Of a stretch of DNA of 64,000 nt, positions 25,141 to 37,337 are shown in pieces. This DNA is from Macrostomum lignano (lineage: Eukaryota). The position numbers and the translations under genes are program-made. The number at the start of each line of letters is the position of its first letter. Positions within the stretch are counted from its first letter, which is position 1. Below the pieces are notes generated by a model that saw only the letters and a list, made by a program, of their open reading frames with translations, was not told the DNA's origin and searched no databases. Location: contig NIVC01000731.1 of assembly GCA_002269645.1 (NCBI GenBank), positions 124,001 to 188,000 of the forward strand, given 5' to 3'.

Positions 25141-26899
25141 GGCATCAGAAGCAAGTGAGAGCACTGTGTGCTTTCGGCATCGATTTTAAAAAATAATTCT
25201 TACGTCATAGCATTGCGTTTTGCAGCAGCAGAAAAACGCATTCTTAATGTTATATAATATATAATTTTAATTATTTTATATTATAAATTTTATATTTTAC
25301 GTTCCATATTTCATATTTTATGCTTATTATTTAATATTGTTTAATATATTTTTTATTTTAAGCAAAATTGGGCAATTAATAAATTTCCAAAATTTTGAGA
25401 TGCTGCGAGCAACTGCACCTTTTTACCACCAATGGCAATAGACACTGATGTTTTCTAACTAGGTGAGCGAATTTTTAGTTCAGTTAATCGCTGTGAGCAG
25501 AGGCAAATATAATTCCCTGCCAGATGTAATACTCCAGTTGAAATGTCTACAAGACTACAACCAATATTAGGAAATGCTTAAACTTTAAGGGACAATAAGG
25601 AATAACATCAGTCAGCATGTTTTAGTATAGTTTTCCCCATATCTTCGAAAGATTCGAAACTTACTTTTTACTTTTAAAGGTAATTCTAATTATGGCTGCT
25701 ACTACTAAGGGATAATTTTATTTTAATTTTAATATTCACCAACACTAAAATTATGCCTTTGGTAAAATGCAGAGATTTGCTATTTAAATATAAGGTAACA
25801 TTATTAACATTATTTACTAATTAAAAGTGTATCATTAAATTTAAAGCTTCAATTATGTAGCATACTCCTCAGTCTAAAATAAGATGGTCCAAATTTTCTA
25901 AAAATATTTTATTTCATCATAGGCATAGCCATAGGCCCTAAACCTTACAATTGAAAGTAATATATTACCTAAAATCTTTTTATAAATCTCTTTCAAAACA
26001 ATATAAAACTTTTAAATGCTCAATTGAAAATAAAAAGTTTTACAATTCCTAAAATAACAGCATTTGCTATCACAAATTCTCAATTTTAAATGCGTAACAG
26101 TGCTTCCGAAAATACAAAAGCAGATGTTGCAGTAAATCATGTTAGATACAGAAACTTAATGTTTGTTGAGCCTAAAAACTTGGATTAGGTCCGAAACTTA
26201 GAATTTTTTAATGATGGATGCTATGATGAAACAAAGTAACTGACAGTGCGTATTAGCATAGTATGTGCCGTTGTGCGATGCATTACTTCTGTTAATATAT
26301 TAGTTCAGTTAAATGGTGAGCTGTTTTCGTGGTGAAAAAAAGTAACGATGCTTTGTCCATGGTGATTAGTCCACTATAACAAAATATAACTAATTGATTG
26401 CAAAAGCTTTTTCTTATGCTTTATGGTGAAAAGCAACAAAAATTTTGTTGTTGTTTAGTAATGCAATTTTATTACAATTTAAATATTTACTTTTAGCTAT
26501 TCTTCCAGACGATGTAAAAGTATTTATTGCTGAGATCGATCCGACATTCGCACATGCAGTTAAGATTAGGCAATGGAAAGGGATAAGAGCCAAGAAGGCA
26601 TAAATAATATCATTTATGATTTTAACGTGTATGCCACAATATATTTTTTTTTCAAGTCTATTATATTGCACGCTGTCATATCATACACTCGGAAGACGTT
26701 CTGTATTATTTAAAGTTTTGGCTCGTCCAATCTTACAGCATTTTAGCTTTATAAATAGATGATTATGTAAACAAAGAAAGCTCCATTTCAAACAAATATA
26801 CATGTAAATTTGCTGGGAAAATCGCCAAGGACTAACTCATTAACCTTAAAAAGAAAATTATACGATTATCAGCTTTCTTTGCTTTTCGGGTCGAGCAGC

Positions 26900-27598
26900 A
26901 TGCAGAAGTTAGGATCGCAGAATATTTTCGGGCAGCTCGGGGCAGGCACGGAGATCGCTGAATTTAGTAGATTAACGAACTGCTCGTCTGATTTTAACGA
27001 CAACGAATACTTGGACTATATAGTTTTTTTCGGCTTCGCCCGGAAGGCAAAATGTTATATCCGTGTTCTGATTCGCAGTAATCGTTGTCGCAAAAACCAG
27101 TGCGAACAGATTCGATCATTTATAATTAGCTGCCTGTGGAGCCGCAGAGATATTCAAGCCGGCGCTGCTATAGTCCAGCTGTATTGCAACAGTCCGAGAG
27201 AATATGCGGGAGACGACAGTCTGCTAATCCAGCTCTGTCGCGCGTTTCCTTTTTTAAAGGGAATCGCTCTGCCTACTTACCCAACTGCGACACCGGGTTG
27301 CAGCTGGAAGGTGCCAGACAGTCTTGAGCAGCGTTGGAGTTCTATTGGCTGCTCACCGGGGGAGAAGGAAATTATAAGAAAGGTAGAGCAGGAGATCCGT
27401 GCGGACACAGAGGGGAATCGAAACTCGCGCTTTCGAACAAATCCGAACGCCCAATCGCTGGCTTGTCTCTCCACTCGCAGACAACGGCTTCAGCGACGGA
27501 AAAATTTTCTATTTGACAGGAAGAGGGACGGACAGGTCCGTCGCGACCCCCCCCCCCTACTTCCCTCAGCTGAGCCCGGCGCCAACTCCACCTATTGA
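26900..27598 (+). other. Orphan ORF of 232 aa (open from 26810), no recognised family
   Basis: Uninterrupted reading frame in non-repetitive sequence; no motif recognised. Confidence 0.25.
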
Positions 27599-28554
27599 AT
27601 CGAATTGAGCACGCATTAGCCAACTCTCTCCTATACAGTAGAGTAGGCTGCTCCTGCTCACCACTGCAGCCCCCAACCCCCAGGTTGACTAACCGCGCCT
27701 GATCAAACAAGTGGAGCTGACTGTGGGGCACAGGTAGGCCGCGGATCGAACACCCCAATGCTTCCGATCTCAACTCTCTCCTGCAGCCCCAGCCCCATTC
27801 ATTTTAATAAGCATTGCCGCTGCGGGCCCGCGGGGTGTCCGGCCCTTGAAATGTTTCCCATACTCCAGCTCGGCACACACGGGGGCTGGGGAGCGACTTC
27901 CTCTTGCTCCTGAAATTCCTGCCTTCGCTCGCGAAATGCTTCGTTTCCGCGCGATTCTTCAATTCTCTTCAACTCTGCTGCTGCCGATCGCCGGGCAATT
28001 ATGATTCCAGCAAATTTTTGTCCAAGAAGCGGGCCGAAACCTTGGCTGGAAGAGCTGCCTGCTGCATGCGAGAGATGCAGTTGGTTCTCAATGACTGTCC
28101 ATAGAGAACCCCCCCCCCAATCAATAACGCGCAGAGCTGGCAGACCCCAGAGTTGAGAGTGACTTTGTTTCCAACCCAACCTCTCTCTCGTTTTGCTTGC
28201 CGTGTGCACAGGTGTGCCGAAACCCGCTCAGTGCGGAATTCAACTGAAAATTCCAAACCGATTGTACAAACCGGGACAGAGGGGGAGGTTGCAGTGGATT
28301 TTGTGCCGAAGATTCAGGAAAAAGCAGCCGCCTCATGAATTCGGTCAAACTATGGCGGTACTCAAATTTGAACAAAATTACACCGGCTGCTCAGATCTCC
28401 ATGCACGATTTTTACGGCATACATGTACTTTGACAAATCGATGTTTGCGCCTTGGAAAGCCCCGTGGAGCCGGCCAGCTCAGCCATGAAGGGCAATTGGA
28501 CCAACTAGAAGTATGGAAGGCGGGACGCTTAATTTCTAAGGACTACTCAACAAG

Positions 28555-28783
28555 TTCCTATCTCCGTAGTGTATTTTTCGGCGAAAACCAGCCTCCGTAA
28601 CATTTTCTAAGAAACTTTAGTTTGTTAGTTTCTTGGAAAAAGTAAGAGACTCGTGTTTTCATAAAAGCCAATTAATTACAATATGGAAACAAGGACGACT
28701 TAAGTAGAAGGACGGGAAACCTCGTTTCTTAGAAAAGTTTTGAAGGCACTTTTTCCCGAAAAAATACACTACGGAGATAGGAA
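28555..28783. mobile_element. MITE-like hairpin element, about 229 bp
   Basis: 27/28-bp inverted repeat TTCCTATCTCCGTAGTGTATTTTTCGG plus an inner 13-bp inverted repeat TTTTCTAAGAAAC (28603 / 28724); no clear TSD. Confidence 0.6.
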
Positions 28784-29287
28784 GTTTTCATTTTTTCAGC
28801 ACAAAAATTGTTATTGCGTTTGATAGGAGACAGATCCAGTGTTCATCTTTTGATATGTTGTGCCTTTTTTATTGCTCTATCGATATTTATAAAGCTTTTC
28901 GTTCAGGAAATTAAGGATTCTATGTTAATTTTTTATTCTACGTCCTATTTCCTATATAGCCAATAGAGCTTTTTGGAAAGATATATTTAGCCGTTTTTGA
29001 CTGAAGCTTGTTCCTTCGGCTGCGTCACCCCGAGTGGCGGACAAGTCGGGATAATCAACTGCTGCTGGGAAGACGGCAGGCGGCGGAAGCAGGTGCGCAA
29101 ACACACCTAATTGCAGCCATCAGGCAATCACCATATTGCTTTCTTATGATTTAACTGAAAACAACTGGAAAAGCGATGTTCGACTTGGCAAAATAAGCAG
29201 CAGCGGCCTTTGAGTTTGAAGCCCCTGCTGTTGCGCTTGGCTGCAGAAAAAATCAGGTGACCTTTGACGTAGCTAAAGATAGATAAA

Positions 29288-30480
29288 GCAGCTGACTTCA
29301 GATGACCCTTCCTTCGTGTAGCTGAGGTCACCTGACCCCTCAAAAGCAGCTAAAATCAGATGACCCTTCCTTCCTGTAGCTGAGGTCACCTGACCTCTCA
29401 AAAGCAGCTAAAATCAGATGACCCTTCCTTCCTGTAGCTGAGGTCACCTGACCCCTCAAAAGCAGCTAAAATCAGATGACCCTTCCTTCCTGTAGCTGAG
29501 GTCACCTGACCCCTCAAAAGCAGCTAAAATCAGATGACCCTTCCTTCCTGTAGCTGAGGTCACCTGACCCCTCAAAAGCAGCTAAAATCAGATGACCCTT
29601 CCTTCCTGTAGCTGAGGTCACCTGACCTCTCAAAAGCAGCTAAAATCAGATGACCCTTCCTTCCTGTAGCTGAGGTCACCTGACCCCTCAAAAGCAGCTA
29701 AAATCAGATGACCCTTCCTTCGTGTAGCTGAGGTCACCTGACCCCTCAAAAGCAGCTAAAATCAGATGACCCTTCCTTCCTGTAGCTGAGGTCACCTGAC
29801 CCCTCAAAAGCAGCTAAAATCAGATGACCCTTCCTTCCTGTAGCTGAGGTCACCTGACCCCTCAAAAGCAGCTAAAATCAGATGACCCTTCCTTCCTGTA
29901 GCTGAGGTCACCTGACCTCTCAAAAGCAGCTAAAATCAGATGACCCTTCCTTCCTGTAGCTGAGGTCACCTGACCCCTCAAAAGCAGCTAAAATCAGATG
30001 ACCCTTTCCTTCGTGTAGCTGAGGTCACCTGACCCCTCAAAAGCAGCTAAAATCAGATGACCCTTCCTTCCTGTAGCTGAGGTCACCTGACCCCTCAAAA
30101 GCAGCTAAAATCAGATGACCCTTCCTTCCTGTAGCTGAGGTCACCTGACCTCTCAAAAGCAGCTAAAATCAGATGACCCTTCCTTCCTGTAGCTGAGGTC
30201 ACCTGACCCCTCAAAAGCAGCTAAAATCAGATGACCCTTCCTTCCTGTAGCTGAAGTCACCTGACCCCTCAAAAGCAGCTAAAATCAGATGACCCTTCCT
30301 TCCTGTAGCTGAGGTCACCTGACCCCTCAAAAGCAGCTAAAATCAGATGACCCTTTCCTTCGTGTAGCTGAGGTCACCTGACCCCTCAAAATCAGCTGAC
30401 CGAGGTCACCTGACCACTCAAAATCAGCTAAAATCAGATGACCCTTCCTTCGTGTAGTCGAGGTCAAGTGACCTCTCAAA
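29288..30480. repeat. 58-bp minisatellite TCAGATGACCCTTCCTTCCTGTAGCTGAGGTCACCTGACCCCTCAAAAGCAGCTAAAA, about 20 copies
   Basis: Direct reading. Confidence 0.97.
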
Positions 30481-31069
30481 AATAGCCGAATACAGTTGGT
30501 CCCTCGCGCATCCAAAGTCAGGCGACCCCAGGAAAATAAATGATATTACAGGCATAATAACAAAATAATTTGAGTTTCCAACCAGTTAAAAATAATTTCG
30601 ATTGCAGCATTTTTAATACAACCGAAAACAAGGGCCAACTCGTACAACTACAATGGTAGATATATTAGTAAAGCCAATTGTGCAGTTGAAAATTACAAGC
30701 AGTAACTATCTTGATAGTCTTAAGTTTACAGCATGAAATATAGGATAAAGTCGAAAGCTTCTGGGCTGGGGGCCTCGGCCAAAACAAAGAAAACGTGAGA
30801 AATCCGCAACTGCACTGGGAGTTTTTAATAGTAAATTTATATCTCTATTGAACTAACAGATGTACATTTGAAAAATGGTCAACGATGAATAAAACAAAGC
30901 AGGCGCAACAGAGACCCCAAAATGAAAGAATTTAGGCAATATTAGCACTAACTAATGGTCATAACTGCTTCAAGGGCGCGACCTCAAGTAAAGAGGTCAG
31001 ATGACCCCTCCATGTAAATGAAGGCGAGGTCAGATGATCCCTTTGCCTAACTATAGTTTAGATACGCTC

Positions 31070-31575
31070 ATAGGTCACGTGACCTTCTATCATTGAAGCC
31101 TAGATAGATAGGTCACGTGACTTTGTATAATTGTAGCCTAGATAGATAGGTCACATGACTTTCTATAGTTGTAGCCTAGATAGATGGGTCACGTGACTTT
31201 GTATAATTGTAGCCTAGATAGATGGGTCACGTGACTTTGTATAATTGTAGCCTAGATAGATGGGTCACGTGACTTTGTATAGTTGTAGCCTAGATAGATG
31301 GGTCACGTGACTTTGTATTGTTGTAGCCTAGATAGATGGGTCACGTGACTTTGTATAGTTGTAGCCTAGATAGATGGGTCACGTGAATTTGTATAGTTGT
31401 AGCCTAGATAGATGGGTCACGTGACTTTGTATAGTTGTAGCCTAGATAGATGGGTCACGTGACTTTGTATAGTTGTAGCCTAGATAGATGGGTCACGTGA
31501 CTTTGTATAGTTGTAGCCTAGATAGATGGGTCACGTGACTTTGTATAGTTGTAGCCTAGATAGATGGGTCAGATG
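31070..31575. repeat. 38-bp minisatellite GGGTCACGTGACTTTGTATAGTTGTAGCCTAGATAGAT, about 13 copies
   Basis: Direct reading. Confidence 0.96.
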
Positions 31576-31735
31576 ACCCCTCCTAACTGCAGTTTAAGAG
31601 AGGTCAGTTGACCCTTCCCCGTAACTGTAGCCAAGGTCAGGTGGCAGTCAATCTGCCAAGAACAGATGAGCCGCCCAATATCCACACGAGTCAGCCCACC
31701 AGTGGTTCCAGCCTGACCCTCACCGCCTGCACCCA

Positions 31736-32149
31736 TCAGTACTTGTGCAGCTGCCTGCAGTTGCTGTAAAAAGACGGATAGAAGGCCGCCCGAGCCCGCA
31801 GCGCCGCTGGGCGCAGCTCCTCGCCTTCTCCGCGCAGCTCAGCGCTGAAGTTGGAAAAATTCGGCGAACTCCGGCTGCATCGCCGAAGTCCGCCGCAGCT
31901 GTCGTCGCTGTCGCCAAGGTCGCGCTGGCAGCGACGCAGAAGCAGCTCGGCTGCCTCGATGGCCGACGCTGATGCCTGGCCGCCGCCGTCGTTACCAGAA
32001 GCCAGCAGGCGTCGTAGTCGCCGCTCGGCCTCGGCCGGCCGGGCCTCATCAAGCAGCCGCTCGGCCTCCAGCAGCAGCGCCTCGGCCAGGCCGGAGTCCG
32101 CAGCCTGCGACAGCCACCGGCGCGACTCGGAAACGGCTGGGGCTGAGCG
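31736..32149 (-). CDS. DELE1: DELE1-like exon 4 (terminal)
   Basis: atttcag| acceptor, phase 0; WLSQAADSGLAEA resembles human DELE1 LLKQAADSGLREA; stop TGA at 31738-31736. Confidence 0.75.
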   Translation of the reverse strand, partial: RSAPAVSESRRWLSQAADSGLAEALLLEAERLLDEARPAEAERRLRRLLASGNDGGGQASASAIEAAELLLRRCQRDLGDSDDSCGGLRRCSRSSPNFSNFSAELRGEGEELRPAALRARAAFYPSFYSNCRQLHKY

Positions 32150-32264
32150 CTGAAATTTTTGCAGTTGGAAAACCAAACTGGACTACTGTCAGTAGAGTGA
32201 AGCGAATTTTCACTATGTACGAGTGATTCGTAGTTAAATAACACTGTAACACTAATCGGGATTT

Positions 32265-32998
32265 CCGGATGATGAATCAGGACTTCCGGGTGATGAATCA
32301 GGACTTCCGGATGATGAATCGGGACTTTAGGATGATGAATCGGGACTTTAGGATGATGAATCGGGACTTCCGGGTGATGAATCGGGACTTCCGGGTGATG
32401 AATCGGGACTTCAGGATGATGAATCAGGACTTCAGGATGATGAATCGGGACTTTAGGATGATGAATCTGGACTTCATGATGATGATGAATCGGGACTTCA
32501 GGATGATGAATCGGGACTTTAGGATGATGAATCGGGACTTCATAATGATGATGAATCGGGACTTCAGGATGATGATGAATCGGGACTTCATGATGATGAT
32601 GAATCGGGACTTCATGATGATGATGAATCGGGACTTCAGGATGATGAATCGGGACTTTAGGATGATGAATCGGGACTTCATAATGATGATGAATCGGGAC
32701 TTTAGGATGATGAATCAGGACTTCAGGATGATGAATCGGGACTTCATAATGATGATGAATCGGGACTTTAGGATGATGAATCAGGACTTCAGGATGATGA
32801 ATCGGGACTTCATAATGATGATGAATCGGGACTTTAGGATGATGAATCAGGACTTCAGGATGATGAATCGGGACTTTAGGATGATGATGAATCGGGACTT
32901 CATGATGATGATGAATCGGGACTTCAGGATGATGAATCGGGACTTCATAATGATGATGAATCGGGACTTCCGGATGATGATGAATCGGGACTTCAGTT
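32265..32998. repeat. 21/24-bp minisatellite ATGATGAATCGGGACTTCAGG, DELE1-like intron 3
   Basis: Direct reading. Confidence 0.95.
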
Positions 32999-33037
32999 TG
33001 ACAATCTGGAACTTCAGGGTGACTGCAGGGAACCTAC

Positions 33038-33403
33038 CCGCCCGTCTGCGCCGCCGAGCACAGCCAGCTGCTGCTGCCCGCCGCCGTGGCCAACATCGCT
33101 GTCGGTGGCGCCGTCCTCTGCCTGGTCTTCAGCTTCGGCGAGCAGGACGGACAAGTTGAAGGCGGCCGCTGGGTGTCCGAGGTCTGCGGCGGCACGGTAA
33201 TAGGCGGTCGCTTCGGCCGACATGCCGGCTGTAGCGGCCAGCAGGCCGAGGTTGAAGAGGGCGGGCGGGTAGGAGAAGCTGGCGGCAGACAGCCACATCG
33301 CCCTGGCCCGGTCTGGCCGGCCGGCCCGCGCTTCCGCCACCGCCCGGCTGGTGCAGAGGCGGCAGGCCTGCTCCACTGAGCGGGCGGTGAGGGAGCGGGC
33401 CAC
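33038..33403 (-). CDS. DELE1: DELE1-like exon 3 (Sel1-like repeats)
   Basis: actgcag| acceptor; AASFSYPPALFNLGLL...AYYRAAADLGHPAAAFNLSVLL are Sel1/TPR repeats resembling human DELE1 GYSKAQYNAG...YYQLAASQGH (recalled); donor CGG|GTAGG. Confidence 0.8.
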
Positions 33404-33489
33404 CTGCAGTGGGTCAGGGGGGGGGGTCACGGAGGTCATGAAGCGTCAAGTGTGAAAAGAATTAATCTAGAAATAAAAATACACATATA

Positions 33490-34098
33490 GGATCCCAGGT
33501 CTCCAGAATCCCCCAATATAGGATCCCAGGTCTCCAGAATCCCCACACAGGGATCCCAGGTCTCCAGAATCCCCACACAGGGATCCCAGGTCTCCAGAAT
33601 CCCCACACAGGGATCCCAGGTCTCCAGAATCCCCACACAGGGATCCCAGGTCTCCAGAATCCCCACACAGGGATCCCAGGTCTCCAGAATCCCCATACAG
33701 GGATCCCAGGTCTCCAGAATCCCCATACAGGGATCCCAGGTCTCCAGAATCCCCATACAGGGATTCCAGGTCTCCAGAATCCCCATACAGGAATCCCAGG
33801 TCTCCAGAATCCCCATACAGGGATCCTAGGTCTCCAGAATCCCCATACAGGGATCCCAGGTCTCCAGAATCCCCATACAGGGATCCCAGGTCTCCAGAAT
33901 CCCCAAATAGGATCCCAGGTCTCCAGAATCCCCATACAGGGATCCCAGGTCTCCAGAATCCCCATACAGGGATCCCAGGTCTCCAGAATCCCCATACAGG
34001 GATCCCAGGTCTCCAGAATCCCCAAATAGGATCCCAGGTCTCCAGAATCCCCATACAGGGATCCCAGGTCTCCAGAATCCCCATACAGGGATCCCAGT
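33490..34098. repeat. 30-bp minisatellite GGGATCCCAGGTCTCCAGAATCCCCATACA, DELE1-like intron 2
   Basis: Direct reading. Confidence 0.96.
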
Positions 34099-34138
34099 CC
34101 AAGATGACCCGCGGCAGCCAAGCTCACACCAGTTGTAC

Positions 34139-34488
34139 CTCTTCAAGCGGTCTGCGCTGCTCAGGCTGCTGCTGAGCCACCTGCTGCCGCTGCGGCCTGG
34201 CGATCGCCGGGCTGTCCAGCACGCACTGCACGAGGCCGGTGGAGGAGCGCCAGGCCCGCCGCCACCTCTGCTGCAGCAGCCGCTCCGACCAGAAGTCGGC
34301 CAGCGGCACGAGGCCGGCAGCGGCCCCGGCAGCAAGCCAGAGCCGCCAGCCGCTGAGCAGAGATGTCGGATCCGATGCGCCAAGGCCGGCTGCGTGCGCA
34401 CCGGTCTGCTCCTCTTGCTGCCGCTGCTGCTCCTGGCCTTGCCGCTGCTGCAGCGGCACCTGCCGGAACTGGCAGCTGGTCAGACGGC
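34139..34488 (-). CDS. DELE1: DELE1-like exon 2
   Basis: aatctgcag| acceptor; open frame with the hydrophobic stretch WRLWLAAGAAAGLVPL, ending RRPLEE; donor GAG|GTAC, phase 0. Confidence 0.7.
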
Positions 34489-35329
34489 CTGCAGATTCAA
34501 TTTTAACAGAAATCACTACTAAGTCTGTTAGCACCTGATCGCATGACCAGTGAATGAGACGATTTTCTATCAGTGATAAATAACTTAATTTCTTACAAAT
34601 ATGCCCCTTGTGCTGCAGGCTCATACATGCTCACACAGGGTGTACAGCAGCCCTGGATTTCTAACTGACAGACATGCACACTCTCTGTGCATTGGGGTTG
34701 GCCTTTATATGTTTGAATTGCATCCATTTAGTCAATATTCCTGCGCAGGCACTAAATGAATGAATGTAGCTGTGGCCATCAGAGTCAGACACATTAACTC
34801 TGCCCCCTTCAGTGCTTTTGTTAATATTAATAATAAAATTATTTATATTTATTTATTTATTTATACATGCAAAACACCTGGTCAACCCAGCTGGCTAACA
34901 AGGGGCCTAGCCAATTTAAGTCACAAAAATGCCCACCTGCAAAATAAGGATGTAGTACTTATTAGATGACACTGCATTTAGCTATAATAAGAAAGTCATA
35001 GTTACTCTTGGCATTTACCTAAAGTTGCATTAATTTTTACTTTAGGGTTTCTTTTATAAGTAAGTTGCATTTTAGTCAAGAATTAAGTCACACAGCCAGT
35101 GTAAATCAGGGGGAGAGTTGCACATGTATGCAAATCCTATAAATTCTTTTCAAATGTTGATTTGGCAAAATCAATAATATAAACTCATTTGTCCTATGTA
35201 CAAGGATTTTTAGCATACAATAACCTTTCATAGTTCATTGGTGCATTTATTTGCCAATTGGAATTGTTCTTATCTTATAAAATTGTATTTGATATACAAA
35301 AAATTTCTTTGCACTTTTCAACATAAAAA

Positions 35330-35800
35330 GGCAAACAATGTAAAAGGTTGTTATATTGTTAAAAAAAGATTATCATTAAAAATGCTTGGGAACAATATAA
35401 AACTTAGAGAATATAGCAATTATAGAGATAACCTAAACCTTAAGGCATTGATAAGGCCTTGATGATGCAAGATAATCAATAATTTACAAGTATAAGACAT
35501 CATTTTAAAGTCAATGGTATATCTTTGGATATCCCTTTTATTCATAGGCTGTTTAACTCTCTTGTTTTACTTTTTATATCATATAGGTATGAAATATGGG
35601 ACCTTTGACCACCATTTTTGAGCTAAAGGATATTGATGCTATTCATTCAAGCATATTTCTATAAATTCCTCCTCAGCCTCTTAAAGCATATTAGCAACAG
35701 TATTATTTAAGCTTAGCTCAACATCTTATAATTTTCCTACCAAATTCGAAAAGCCTTTTTAATGTATTGGTTAGAATTAAGATAAAAAATTAATAATATT
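35330..35800 (+). mobile_element. Decayed non-LTR retrotransposon RT C-terminal remnant in DELE1-like intron 1
   Basis: Broken frames read LREYSNY (cf. EYKYLG), RLFNSLVLLFISYRYEIW (cf. LF.SLV.P.L.YG.E.W) and YWLEL; stops present. Confidence 0.45.
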
Positions 35801-36524
35801 ACCATTGAACTCTTTGAAGCAAATACTAGCCCACGAATCCATGGAAAATAAATGTTACTAAATACCACAATCCACATGGCATCAATTTAGAATTCATGAC
35901 CATAATGAACCTAGACAAAAAACTAAATAAAGTAAAGAGATTAAGAATTTTTTTAATTTTCAAGAAATTTGAAGAAATTTTTTGTGTACTGAATATAATT
36001 TCATAAGATTTATTAAGCATACCAAATATTTAGACTTCATTAGTAGATAACTGCTAGCAGAAAACTGACAGATCCATAGCCATAAGAAAATGGGTTCTAG
36101 TACTAGAACTCTAGCTATTACCACGCCATTTACTGGCTATAGTCCAGATCATACTGCATGCACACCCAAACAAAAATCAATAGTTACAAATTCATGCCAA
36201 AAAATTGAGTGCATGCCCATTCTTACAACTTTGCCAGTATTGCAATAATAAATGACCTTTTTTGTTGTGACAATAAAATGATCTTTTTGTCATTGCATAA
36301 TAGACCCTTCTGGATAAAAAAAATTGGTTATTTTTCTGATTTTTTTGGCAATATTATTTATAGTGGGAAATTGAAACATGTAAAAATTTGTTTAAATGCC
36401 TTATTACAAGCTTAAAAACCCAGAAAGTGGTAAAGTTACACAAGAAATGAACCTTTTCACCTATTTTCTATTTCACAATAACTTTTTTCCATGGTTCTAT
36501 AAAGTGCATGCCAGTTGCCAGGTA

Positions 36525-36707
36525 CAGTAGCACAACTAGAAATTTTTCAAGGGGGGGGATTATGAGGGTAAAGTCCCAGGAGGGGGGGGGCGGCAGAGGG
36601 GTGAGCCCTCTGTTTTTGGCAAAAATTTGCTTGGTCACCCCTTTGATTTTTTTTTGGTCCCCCGCCTAAGGGGGGGGCAACTGCCCCCCCCCCTGGTTGC
36701 ACCACTG
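36525..36707. mobile_element. hAT-type MITE, 183 bp
   Basis: Imperfect TIR CAGTAGCACAAC / CAGTGGTGCAAC; 8-bp TSD GCCAGGTA at 36517-36524 and 36708-36715. Confidence 0.85.
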
Positions 36708-37303
36708 GCCAGGTATATTTTCTTAGGAGTGATGCAGATGCATGCCAACTGTAATTGTAATACAATACTGCAATTGTAATTTACATGCCTTCTTTTGGCA
36801 TGCAAGGCCAATGCACACCCAAATTTTTGGGCGTAGGCCCTATACTACAGTCTACATGATCTGGAGTGTGGTATGCTGGCTGTGGCAAAATTTTCTGGCA
36901 GATTGTTCCATATACCAGATACTTTACAAGTTTACACCAACCATTTTTGGGTCTATTGTATACCAGAATTTTCCTGTGTATATGTAAGATTCGGGAGTAG
37001 GGCACCCAGCACGATCCTGACTATGGTCCATATGAATTATTAGGGCCTATTAGGGGGCCTATAGAGTATAGAGTATAGGCCTACAAAGAAAGTTGGGCAC
37101 CAATAAGCAAACTAAGGTACAAAGTGCCATGCATGGTACCAACAAAAAGCATAGGTCTATCTATAGTATACTTAACTAGCCATAATTTAATTACAGTATA
37201 TTAGGCCAATAAAGGCCCCTAACTAACTATGCATGATCACATGATTAAATAAACACATGCGATGCCACATGCACATATTATTGTACTTAAACGTTAGACT
37301 TAC

Positions 37304-37337
37304 TTAGAAATGTAGTGCATGAAGAAAGTCTAGACAT
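37304..37337 (-). CDS. DELE1: DELE1-like exon 1 of 4 (mitochondrial targeting-like N-terminus). Full CDS complement(join(31736..32149,33038..33403,34139..34488,37304..37337)) = 1164 nt, 387 aa
   Basis: ATG at 37337 gives MSRLSSCTTFL plus 1 nt, then the perfect donor A|GTAAGT. Phase 1 fits the acceptor at 34489, giving MSRLSSCTTFLSRLTSCQFRQ. Confidence 0.6.

Noticed and set aside
29288-30480. CRISPR-like array
   Set aside because: Units are contiguous with no unique spacers, there are no cas genes, and the context is eukaryotic. The same applies to all other arrays.
32269-33159. 296-aa MMNRDFR-repeat ORF
   Set aside because: It is antisense to the DELE1-like intron 3 and exon 3 and is purely a 21-bp repeat.
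34489-34624. ATG 34624 as the DELE1-like start
   Set aside because: The region is AT-rich and ends in a good acceptor. An upstream phase-matched exon with a perfect donor exists at 37304-37337.
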